Origin: Candidatus Hydrogenedentota bacterium
Lineage (GTDB): Bacteria > Hydrogenedentota > Hydrogenedentia > Hydrogenedentales > SLHB01
NCBI GenBank assembly: GCA_963674865.2
Contig: CAXXYE010000009.1
Coordinates: 1,536,001-1,600,000 of the forward strand
Length of the DNA stretch: 64,000 bases
Direction of reading: 5' to 3'
Positions 53,169 to 60,778 of this stretch are shown here, piece after piece. The position numbers and the translations under genes are program-made. How positions within the stretch are numbered: position 1 is the first letter of the stretch; each line of letters begins with the position of its first letter. Under the pieces are notes generated by a model. It made no database searches and was not told the DNA's origin. It saw nothing but the letters and a program-made list of their open reading frames with translations.

Positions 53169-53609
53169 CTACCTCCTCACAATCGCCGACGAACTCGCCG
53201 AGGTCGTGCGGCCCGCGCGGTCCAGCCATTGGATAGTGACCTGTACCTCGCAAGGATTCGGCAACGGATCGGTAAGGGAGTCCTCATCGGTGGGCAGAAT
53301 GACCTCGTTGCCGGCCGTATCGAAGCACTTGATCTCGAGGGCGACGTTGTCGCCCAAGGCGCCGGGCGCCGGTGGGTTGTAGGCGAGGAGCTGGGAGTAG
53401 TTGAGGCCCCGCACCTCTTCGAGCACGCTGGCAATCTCAGTGGTTGCCGTGGCCCGGTCCTCCGAGAGGTTGCCGACTTGGTGCATGCTGAAAATCGAGC
53501 CGAAGACGAACACCAGCGCGATTACAACTACACCGGCTGCGAACATCAGCTCGAGCAGAGTCATGCCCTCTTCCCGGTCGGCAATATGTGTCTTACACGT
53601 TTTCGTCAT
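53169..53609 (-). CDS. Prepilin-type (PilV-like) minor pilin (cassette A)
   Basis: EG|MTLLELMFA; LEEVR; VQVTIQW. Confidence 0.85.
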   Translation of the reverse strand: MTKTCKTHIADREEGMTLLELMFAAGVVVIALVFVFGSIFSMHQVGNLSEDRATATTEIASVLEEVRGLNYSQLLAYNPPAPGALGDNVALEIKCFDTAGNEVILPTDEDSLTDPLPNPCEVQVTIQWLDRAGRTTSASSSAIVRR

Positions 53610-53763
53610 AGCCCTTACCTGCACGGTGTGGCACCTGTGCCGTGTGCCATGGACGACGGCTGCAACGGTTCTCAAGGGTCCGTTGCGCGCCCCGTTCCAC
53701 GTCTTCCCTTATTGACTTGCTCGCGAAGCGACAATCTGTACTAAACCTACCGCGATACCAATA

Positions 53764-53779
53764 AGCAATTCCGGTGCCA
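53764..53779 (-). promoter_or_regulatory. Sigma-54 promoter of cassette A
   Basis: TGGCAC-CGGAA-TTGCT, identical to the copy B motif. Confidence 0.8.
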
Positions 53780-54026
53780 TTCGATTCCCATTGGTGGGTA
53801 TGTTGCGTAACGCATTTGATAGCATTGACATATGTGGTCTGGCTGCGCCGGGGCGCTCTGGCGCAAGTGGGCGAATCCGCGCATCAGCAGGGGAAAAACA
53901 CGGGACTTGAGACGGGGCGAAGGTCTTCTGCCCAAGAAGGAGGGGATCCGGGCGCTGTTCTTCGCGTACCGACGCCCGGGCTCTCAAGGCCCGCTCATCA
54001 TGCGGCCAGATGGTGTGCGAAAGAAA

Positions 54027-54114
54027 TTATGGGACGGAGGCTATGTAGATGACGTCGGCGGCCAATACGCCGTCCACCCGCAGTTGTCCCTCGACTTCCA
54101 CGGATAGGCCAGCA
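54027..54114 (-). pseudogene. Duplicated 3' tail of the DUF4382 gene (duplication scar)
   Basis: Encodes AGLSVEVEGQLRVDGVLAADVIYIASVP*, identical to the end of 57953-59110. Confidence 0.85.
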
Positions 54115-54142
54115 ACCCCCGCTCCGGGCCTGACGGAGGCCG

Positions 54143-54682
54143 TCAATAACCGAGCTGCTGTCTCGCGAAGGCGTGCTCCTGGGAGTCTTCCGGAAAGGCG
54201 CGCATCATCTCTCGGTAGACTTGGTGCGCGCCCTGGGAGTCGCCCTTGCGCTCGTAGCATCGAGCAAGATCCGGATAGACGCCGCGTACGCCGCTCCAGT
54301 CGGGATACGCGGTGAGGATACGCTCGTAGCAGATGATGGCTTCGTCGTAATCGCCGAGTTCCTGGCCATAGAGGTTGGCCATGGCCTTGAGATACGCGGG
54401 GGCGTCTTCGCTCTGGGGGTCGGCCTCGATCTTCGTCCGATGGCCCTCGATAACTTCCAGCGTCTTTTCGCGTTCGGTCAACCTATGGGACGGGCGCTCG
54501 ACGGCGTTTGCGATGCCTCCGTCCTGCGACTGGGTCACGGCGCCACCGGCGGCGGCGCCGTCTTGCAGCTCCTTCTCTCCGGAGGAGATCAGCATGTAGG
54601 CGGCCATGACAAACACGAGGGCCAGCAGAACGAAGAGGTACCAGTTATCTTTGATGACGGTCTTGGTGAATTGTCTGCTCAT
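54143..54682 (-). CDS. Single-TM TPR protein (cassette B)
   Basis: Paralogue of 50216-50755, same length, divergent linker. Confidence 0.85.
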   Translation of the reverse strand: MSRQFTKTVIKDNWYLFVLLALVFVMAAYMLISSGEKELQDGAAAGGAVTQSQDGGIANAVERPSHRLTEREKTLEVIEGHRTKIEADPQSEDAPAYLKAMANLYGQELGDYDEAIICYERILTAYPDWSGVRGVYPDLARCYERKGDSQGAHQVYREMMRAFPEDSQEHAFARQQLGY

Positions 54683-56475
54683 GAGTATAGCTCACGCCAC
54701 GATATCTGAGACACAGCCCATATGGGATAGTTGCCGATCATGCCCAGCGGCAGGTACTTCGGCAGCTCGGGAACCTGATAGATGTCCGGCACCTGCTTGC
54801 CCATCTCGAAGTAGTTCGAGACGAAGGTGCCCATCACGACAGTCTGTTTGGAGCATGTGATCTGCGTCGCGGAATAGAAGGCGCCCATCAGGTGCAACTG
54901 CGATGCGACGCCCATAGTCATATCGTCCGTGGACATGATCCCGAAGATGTTGTTGATGGGATAGGTGGCGGCGTTGTAGGCGCCTGGTACGCCATTTTCA
55001 CAAGCGTACATGTTGGCGTCGAGAAGGGCTTCACCGTTCACTAAGAACGCAGCGCGCCCGGTGTAGTAGATGGTGTCGTCGTTGCCCTTCTGGGTGATCT
55101 CGAAGTCTCCATCGATCTGGATCTGCCCGTTGATCTCGAGCACGTTTGTGCTCGAATCGAAATAGAGGTAGTTGTCGCCTTTGACGCAGGTGGCGCGGTC
55201 GGACTTCGTGCGTCCTGCCGCGAGGGCCGCCGCGCCCGAGCCAACGGCGCTCTCGCCGGTGGTAGTGTTGATATAGAGGTCTTTGGAGGTACTGAGCGTA
55301 ACGTCGCCGACGTGGCTCTTGTTGTCGGCGAGAACGTCAGAAAAAAACTCGCCGTGCAGGTAGTTGTCCCCATCGGGACTGGTCTCAAAGGAGCCGGGCG
55401 CGCCGACGGGGATTCCCGTGAGGCTCGGATCGTACTCATCGCAGTTGACGTAGGATGGCCAGCGCCAATCGTCGGTTAGCAGCGGGAATGGGACCTTGTC
55501 GCCGAGGTCGTAGGTTTCATCCCATCCATTGTCGCTGAAGACGCTTACTGGATCGCCGCGTCCGCCATCGTCGACCACCTTGTTCCCGGTCCAGCCGTCT
55601 TCGTTGTAGATCGCGTCGAGGGTCTCCTTATAGGTGTTGCCCGTGTCGTCGGCCTCGCCGATTTCGGCCGAACCGCTCAAGGATACGCGTCCGCGCTTGA
55701 CGCGGAGAACGGCGTCGATGGTATCGATGTCTTCGCCGTTGAAGTTGGTCTGTGGCAATGGCGGCACGCTGTCCAACTGGCGCTGCGTGATCTTGCTTGT
55801 GCCTGATTCGTAATTGTTGTGGATGAGGCTCGCACCTATCATGTCGATGACGACGACGGCATCACCACCGGCGGGGACATGGTTGCCTAAGATGTGGACG
55901 GAGCCGTGTATGCTCACGTTGCCGTTGATGGCGCCGCCGGCGGCGCCGGCGCCGGCGAAGATGGCGTTATTCCAGACGTTGACGTCGGCCCCGCTCAGGA
56001 CGACCTCGGCGGAGCGCACCACGCCTTCGCACTGGGCGAAGGCGTAAGCCGTGTAGAATCCACTCTCTTCGGGGCCGTCGACGTTGCCGTCGCCGTTGTT
56101 GTCTTCATTGTCGTTAGACCAGTCATGGGCGAAGGCCATGTACTCGACATTGGGCATGCTTGGAATCTGGACGGGGCTGACGTCGGGATCGTCGAACGTG
56201 GGCAAGGTGATTCCATCGCCGGGATTCGGCATGGTCCAACTGTCGAGCCCGACCCAGCCGTCGCCGCCGGTTTCGAGTTCGAGGAGAGACTCCGCGAAAG
56301 CGGATTCGACGCCCTCGAAGCAGCGTTTGAAGGTGATGTAGCGGTCCACGTGGCTGCTCTGATTGATCACCCGGATGGCCAGGGCTCCCAGCGTGAGGGT
56401 GGCAATGACGATAAACATCATGGCAACCAAGAGGGCCATGCCGTCGCTTTTTCGCAGCGTTGATCTCTTGTTCAT
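54679..56475 (-). CDS. Large PilX-like minor pilin (cassette B)
   Basis: Paralogue of 50752-52545; G|MALLV. Confidence 0.75.
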   Translation of the reverse strand: MNKRSTLRKSDGMALLVAMMFIVIATLTLGALAIRVINQSSHVDRYITFKRCFEGVESAFAESLLELETGGDGWVGLDSWTMPNPGDGITLPTFDDPDVSPVQIPSMPNVEYMAFAHDWSNDNEDNNGDGNVDGPEESGFYTAYAFAQCEGVVRSAEVVLSGADVNVWNNAIFAGAGAAGGAINGNVSIHGSVHILGNHVPAGGDAVVVIDMIGASLIHNNYESGTSKITQRQLDSVPPLPQTNFNGEDIDTIDAVLRVKRGRVSLSGSAEIGEADDTGNTYKETLDAIYNEDGWTGNKVVDDGGRGDPVSVFSDNGWDETYDLGDKVPFPLLTDDWRWPSYVNCDEYDPSLTGIPVGAPGSFETSPDGDNYLHGEFFSDVLADNKSHVGDVTLSTSKDLYINTTTGESAVGSGAAALAAGRTKSDRATCVKGDNYLYFDSSTNVLEINGQIQIDGDFEITQKGNDDTIYYTGRAAFLVNGEALLDANMYACENGVPGAYNAATYPINNIFGIMSTDDMTMGVASQLHLMGAFYSATQITCSKQTVVMGTFVSNYFEMGKQVPDIYQVPELPKYLPLGMIGNYPIWAVSQISWRELYS

Positions 56476-56477
56476 AG

Positions 56478-57095
56478 TTAATTCCTCGGGATCACGATTT
56501 CGGTCAGGCTCGAGGTCATGGGGACGCCTCGAAGGATTTCCCTGCGTTCCGTGTCGAGCGTGACGGCAATTCCTCCGCCTAAGCGGTCGAACCAGATGCC
56601 ATGGTCCAGCACGCCGTTTCCGTTGAGGTCTTCGCCGTCATCAAGGACACCGTTATCGTTATTGTCTTCGTCGGGGGTAAGGTCATTTGCCAGAATGCGC
56701 GTGGTGGCCCCGTCGGTCATGACGAGTTGGCTCGAAGATAGCCCGTCGCTGTTGGCGTCGGCGGTGTCGGGGCCGAGGGTCCAGACATTGCTTAGTTCCA
56801 GGTCGCCGTTTGAGTCGACGGCGACGCCGTTCCCGTCGGCGTCGGCAGCCATTTGGAAGGTAATGGTGTTGGTGGGCAGGTTGCCCCACGGGATGGTGCC
56901 CGCTGCGGCCTGTCGAAGCTCGCGCACCATCACCTGCATGCCCAATCTGGTTTGGTCGGTGGCGGTTGCCTTGGTTTCTTGGTCGCGGGCGGCCGCGCCG
57001 AGACTGGCGGCGAGCACGAACAAAATCCCCATCACGGCGGTGAGTAGGGCCAGCGACACCATGAGTTCGAGCAGGGTCATGCCACGGCGCTCCAT
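56478..57095 (-). CDS. Prepilin-type (PilW-like) minor pilin (cassette B)
   Basis: RG|MTLLELMV; paralogue of 52548-53165. Confidence 0.85.
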   Translation of the reverse strand: MERRGMTLLELMVSLALLTAVMGILFVLAASLGAAARDQETKATATDQTRLGMQVMVRELRQAAAGTIPWGNLPTNTITFQMAADADGNGVAVDSNGDLELSNVWTLGPDTADANSDGLSSSQLVMTDGATTRILANDLTPDEDNNDNGVLDDGEDLNGNGVLDHGIWFDRLGGGIAVTLDTERREILRGVPMTSSLTEIVIPRN

Positions 57096-57098
57096 GAG

Positions 57099-57539
57099 CT
57101 ACCTCCTCACAATCGCCGACGAACTCGTCGAGGTCGTACGGCCCGCGCGGTCCAGCCATTGGATAGTGACCTGTACCTCGCAAGGATTGGGCAACGGATC
57201 GGTAAGGGAGTCCTCATCGGTGGGCAGAATGACCTCGTTGCCGGCCGTATCGAAGCACTTGATCTCGAGGGCGACGTTGTCGCCCAAGGCGCCGGGCGCC
57301 GGTGGATTGTAGGCGAGGAGCTGGGAGTAGTTGAGGCCCCGCACCTCTTCGAGCACGCTGGCAATCTCAGTGGTTGCCGTGGCCCGGTCTTCCGAGAGGT
57401 TGCCGACTTGGTGCATGCTGAAAATCGAGCCGAAGACGAACACCAGCGCAATTGCAACCACGCCGGCTGCGAACATCAGCTCGAGCAGAGTCATGCCCTC
57501 TTCCCGGTCGGCGATATGTTTCTCACACGTTTTCGTCAT
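57099..57539 (-). CDS. Prepilin-type (PilV-like) minor pilin (cassette B)
   Basis: EG|MTLLELMFA; paralogue of 53169-53609. Confidence 0.85.
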   Translation of the reverse strand: MTKTCEKHIADREEGMTLLELMFAAGVVAIALVFVFGSIFSMHQVGNLSEDRATATTEIASVLEEVRGLNYSQLLAYNPPAPGALGDNVALEIKCFDTAGNEVILPTDEDSLTDPLPNPCEVQVTIQWLDRAGRTTSTSSSAIVRR

Positions 57540-57692
57540 AGCCCTTACCTGCATAATGTGGCACGCGTGCCACGCGCCCTAAATCATGGCCGCAACGGCT
57601 CTCAAGGGTCCGTTGCGCGCCCCGTTCCACGTCTTCCCTTATTGACTTGCTCGCGAAGCGACAATCGGTACTATACCCACCGCAGTAGATGG

Positions 57693-57708
57693 AGCAATTC
57701 CGGTGCCA
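57693..57708 (-). promoter_or_regulatory. Sigma-54 promoter of cassette B
   Basis: TGGCAC-CGGAA-TTGCT. Confidence 0.8.
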
Positions 57709-57791
57709 TTCGACTTCTATTAGCGGGTATGCTTCGTAACGCATTGTGCAGTAATAACATATGCATGCCGGTGGTTCGTGGGCGACAAGGG

Positions 57792-57838
57792 AAAAGTGCG
57801 TAATTTCCCCCAGTGGTAGGGGTAATTTACGCACTTTT
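57792..57838. promoter_or_regulatory. Inverted repeat, candidate enhancer (UAS) for the cassette B promoter
   Basis: AAAAGTGCGTAA...TTACGCACTTTT, 85-130 nt upstream of the -24 box. Confidence 0.5.
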
Positions 57839-57952
57839 GGCCTCGGATGGCAGTCGCCTGAAATGGAACGGACCCGGGCGTTGTCCTCTGCGTACCAACG
57901 CCCGGGTCCTCAAGGCCCGCTCATCATGCGGCCGGATAGTGTGCGAAAGAAA

Positions 57953-59110
57953 TTATGGGACGGAGGCTATGTAGATCACGTCGGCGGCTAATACGCCGTC
58001 CACCCGCAGTTGTCCCTCGACTTCCACGGATAGGCCAGCAGCGAGGTCAGTGGGACTGCCTGTCGGTGCCGTGGTGTCGGTGGGTAGGAAGACCTGGGCT
58101 TGGGAGTAGTTGACGACGAGTTCGCCCCCTGCAAGTTGGAGTGTCAGGAGTTGATCTTGCGCATTGATTTCCAGGACGGTCCCCGTGACATAGGCTTCAG
58201 CCGCTTGCACCTCAACGTCTGCGCGCAATTGCGGCGTGAGGTTATAGCGGCCGTTGCCCTGCTTGACGAGATGAATCCCGTCGAACTCAAGTAACAGGAG
58301 GCTTGGTCCACCCGCGGGTAGCACAAATTGCTCGGAGATGAACAAGCGGCCGTTTGCCGTGAGTTTGACGTCGGTAATGGCCGTCTCAGGGTCGGCGGCC
58401 AGGTAAAGGCGCGGGTTGGTGATAGCGAGCACAATCTTGGTGTACTTGCCGGAAGGTACCTCCGCATAAGAGAGGACTTCCGAGATGGCTGTAAGGTTTT
58501 TGAGGTCCACGTCGAGGGGCTCATCGAGCAGGCTCACCCTGTTGAGGCAGGGGCAAATGTCGTCGATGACCTCGACGGTGCCCGTCATGCCTTCGCCGAC
58601 GTCCGGCTCGGAGAAATAGGTGTAGAGCCCGGCGGTGTTGAAGCCCACATCCCCAAAATCGCCCGCCGCATCAAAGGCCAGATTGAAGAGCGTCCCCGCG
58701 TCGGTGTCGCCAAATTCGCCGCTTGTGACGGTGTGGGCGCCGTTCTCCATCCAGAGCCATCGGACGGTGGTTCCTGTGCCGACAGTAATGTCGGCGGGGT
58801 CGAATTCGAAGTCGCTGACTTCGACGACAGCGGGGTCGTCGCCTGGACATTGGCCTTCGCAGGCACGGTGGAGGGTTATCTGCGTGACGGTCACGACGAG
58901 TTTGTCGACATCCTGAATGTCTAGTGGGGCCTTCTTCGGCAAGAGGGCCGCGAGCACTTTCTGCGTGGTCGAGGCGTCGCCCACGGTGAGAACCGTGGTG
59001 AGCTTTGTGTCGCCTGACCTGAATAGAGGACACCCGACGAGGCCAACGGTCAACGCCAGCAATCCCGTTATGCCAATAACTTGAGCAAAGCGAAGTCGGG
59101 TATTTGTCAT
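57953..59110 (-). CDS. Lipoprotein: DUF4382-like domain with cupredoxin-like insert and C-terminal DUF5666-like domain
   Basis: GAGGAGG RBS; LVGC lipobox; VTVTQITL...VPSGKYTKI; FDPADITV..GTTVRW...HTVT; GLSVEVEG. Confidence 0.75.
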   Translation of the reverse strand: MTNTRLRFAQVIGITGLLALTVGLVGCPLFRSGDTKLTTVLTVGDASTTQKVLAALLPKKAPLDIQDVDKLVVTVTQITLHRACEGQCPGDDPAVVEVSDFEFDPADITVGTGTTVRWLWMENGAHTVTSGEFGDTDAGTLFNLAFDAAGDFGDVGFNTAGLYTYFSEPDVGEGMTGTVEVIDDICPCLNRVSLLDEPLDVDLKNLTAISEVLSYAEVPSGKYTKIVLAITNPRLYLAADPETAITDVKLTANGRLFISEQFVLPAGGPSLLLLEFDGIHLVKQGNGRYNLTPQLRADVEVQAAEAYVTGTVLEINAQDQLLTLQLAGGELVVNYSQAQVFLPTDTTAPTGSPTDLAAGLSVEVEGQLRVDGVLAADVIYIASVP

Positions 59111-59238
59111 TCTTGCTTCCTCCTCAGCCGGTTACGCGTCCCGCTCGTGTATCGTGACGGCTTCGGGCGCAGCAACCACGTGCGTCCGAGGGGACACACA
59201 TGGACTTCGGCCCTTGACGGCCAACCATGTTAACACGG

Positions 59239-59254
59239 AGCAAGTCTAATGCCG
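59239..59254 (-). promoter_or_regulatory. Putative sigma-54 promoter of the DUF4382 gene
   Basis: CGGCAT-TAGAC-TTGCT (GG-N10-GC). Confidence 0.55.
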
Positions 59255-59396
59255 GGGGGCGCTCTATCGAGCCAGGTGACGTAAGGTGCTTGGAAAGCTT
59301 GAGATAGGGGGACTCTTGTCGTTGCGCAATGAGCCAACCGGGGCCGCAAATGGGTGTGAATCCCCGCCGATAGGGGGAAAAACCACGGCATCCCAG

Positions 59397-60776
59397 CTAT
59401 TCGGACGGCTCCTGGAGGCCGAACTTGGTGATGCGATGGCGCATCTGATCGCGGGACAGGCCGAGGAGCCGGGCCGCATGCGTTTGATTCCAATGGGTGC
59501 GTTCAAGGGCCTGCACGATGAGTCCGCGCTCAACATCGGCAAGGTCGCAGCCGTCTTGCGGCAGTGGGCAGGGGAATTCCTTGGCCGGGGCGGCGTGCCC
59601 CAGCACCGAGCGTCCGAGTAGGATATCGTCGTCCGTGAGGGTGTTTCCCGGACTGAGGAGGAATGCACGCTCGACGACATTGCGCAGCTCGCGGACATTT
59701 CCCGGCCAATGGTAGGCCCGCATCTTGTCGTAGGCGGCCGGGGCGAAGCCCTGGACCTGCCTATGGAACTCCTGGTTGAAGATGTGCCTGAAGTGTTCGG
59801 CGAGCAGGGGGATATCCTCACGCCGTTCCCGGAGGGGAGGAATGACAATTGGGAGGATGCTGAGGCGGTAGTAGAGGTCTTCACGAAACACACGTTCCTC
59901 AATGTCTTTCTGGAGGTCGCGGTTGGTGGAGGCCACGACGCGCACATCAACACTGACGTCAACCGTGCCTCCCACACGCCGGAATGCTTTTTCTTCGAGC
60001 ACCCGGAGCAGTTTGGCCTGGAGCGTTGTGGACATCTCACCGATCTCGTCCATGAAGACCGTGCCGCCATGAGCCAGCTCGAACAGGCCGCGTTTCTGGG
60101 CTTTCGCGTCCGTGAAGGCGCCCTTTTCGTGGCCGAAGAGTTCGGATTCAAGGAGGTTGTCGGGCAGGGCGGAGCAGGTGATGTTCATGAAGGGCTTATC
60201 GGCGCGCTCGGACTCGTAGTGGACGGCGCGGGCCACTAGGTCCTTGCCGGTGCCGCTTTCGCCAAGCAATAGAACGGTGGATGCCCCGCTCTTTGCTATT
60301 TTTGAGACGAGTGTCCGGATGGCTGCGATGCTGGGATGCTCGCCGATGATACCGGCCAGGTTGAACTGCGTCTTTTGCTGGGACACCTGAGTTCTGATGC
60401 GGGAACGGAGGTTGCTCGTTTCGAGCGCTCGGGCGATGGTGATGGCGAGTTCAGCCATGTTGAATGGCTTGGTGACATAGTCGAACGCTCCGGCGCGCAT
60501 GGCTGCGACGGCGTCGTTGATGCTCGAGAAAGCCGTGATGATGATGACGGGTGTATCCGGCGCCGTCTCATGGATGCGGCGGAGCAGGGCCATGCCCTCC
60601 GTATCGGGGAGGCGCTGGTCAAGCAGGGCCAAGTCGAAGGCATCTTCCCCTATGATGGCGTTCGCGGACGCGCCGTCGGGGGCCTCGAGCACATCATAGC
60701 CCTCCGAGGAGAGGAACTCCTTCAAGGTCCACCGAATCGTCTGTTCGTCGTCAACCACTAGTATGCGAGCGGGCAT
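59397..60776 (-). CDS. Sigma-54-dependent response regulator (NtrC/AtoC/PilR family)
   Basis: REC domain; GESGTGKD; ESELFGHEKGAFTDA; WPGNVREL; Fis HTH. Confidence 0.95.
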   Translation of the reverse strand: MPARILVVDDEQTIRWTLKEFLSSEGYDVLEAPDGASANAIIGEDAFDLALLDQRLPDTEGMALLRRIHETAPDTPVIIITAFSSINDAVAAMRAGAFDYVTKPFNMAELAITIARALETSNLRSRIRTQVSQQKTQFNLAGIIGEHPSIAAIRTLVSKIAKSGASTVLLLGESGTGKDLVARAVHYESERADKPFMNITCSALPDNLLESELFGHEKGAFTDAKAQKRGLFELAHGGTVFMDEIGEMSTTLQAKLLRVLEEKAFRRVGGTVDVSVDVRVVASTNRDLQKDIEERVFREDLYYRLSILPIVIPPLRERREDIPLLAEHFRHIFNQEFHRQVQGFAPAAYDKMRAYHWPGNVRELRNVVERAFLLSPGNTLTDDDILLGRSVLGHAAPAKEFPCPLPQDGCDLADVERGLIVQALERTHWNQTHAARLLGLSRDQMRHRITKFGLQEPSE

Positions 60777-60778
60777 TA

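Larger units (their letters stand above)
50200..54114 (-). repeat. Tandem duplication unit A (~3.93 kb)
   Basis: Colinear with 54125-58040 at an offset of about 3,926-3,930 across four genes, the promoter and a DUF4382 3' tail. Confidence 0.9.
54125..58040 (-). repeat. Tandem duplication unit B (~3.93 kb)
   Basis: Colinear with unit A; homology ends inside the DUF4382 gene at 58040. Confidence 0.9.

Noticed and set aside
54115..54260. 77-aa ORF 54027-54260 as a real gene
   Set aside because: Chimera of an off-frame TPR gene end and the duplicated DUF4382 tail
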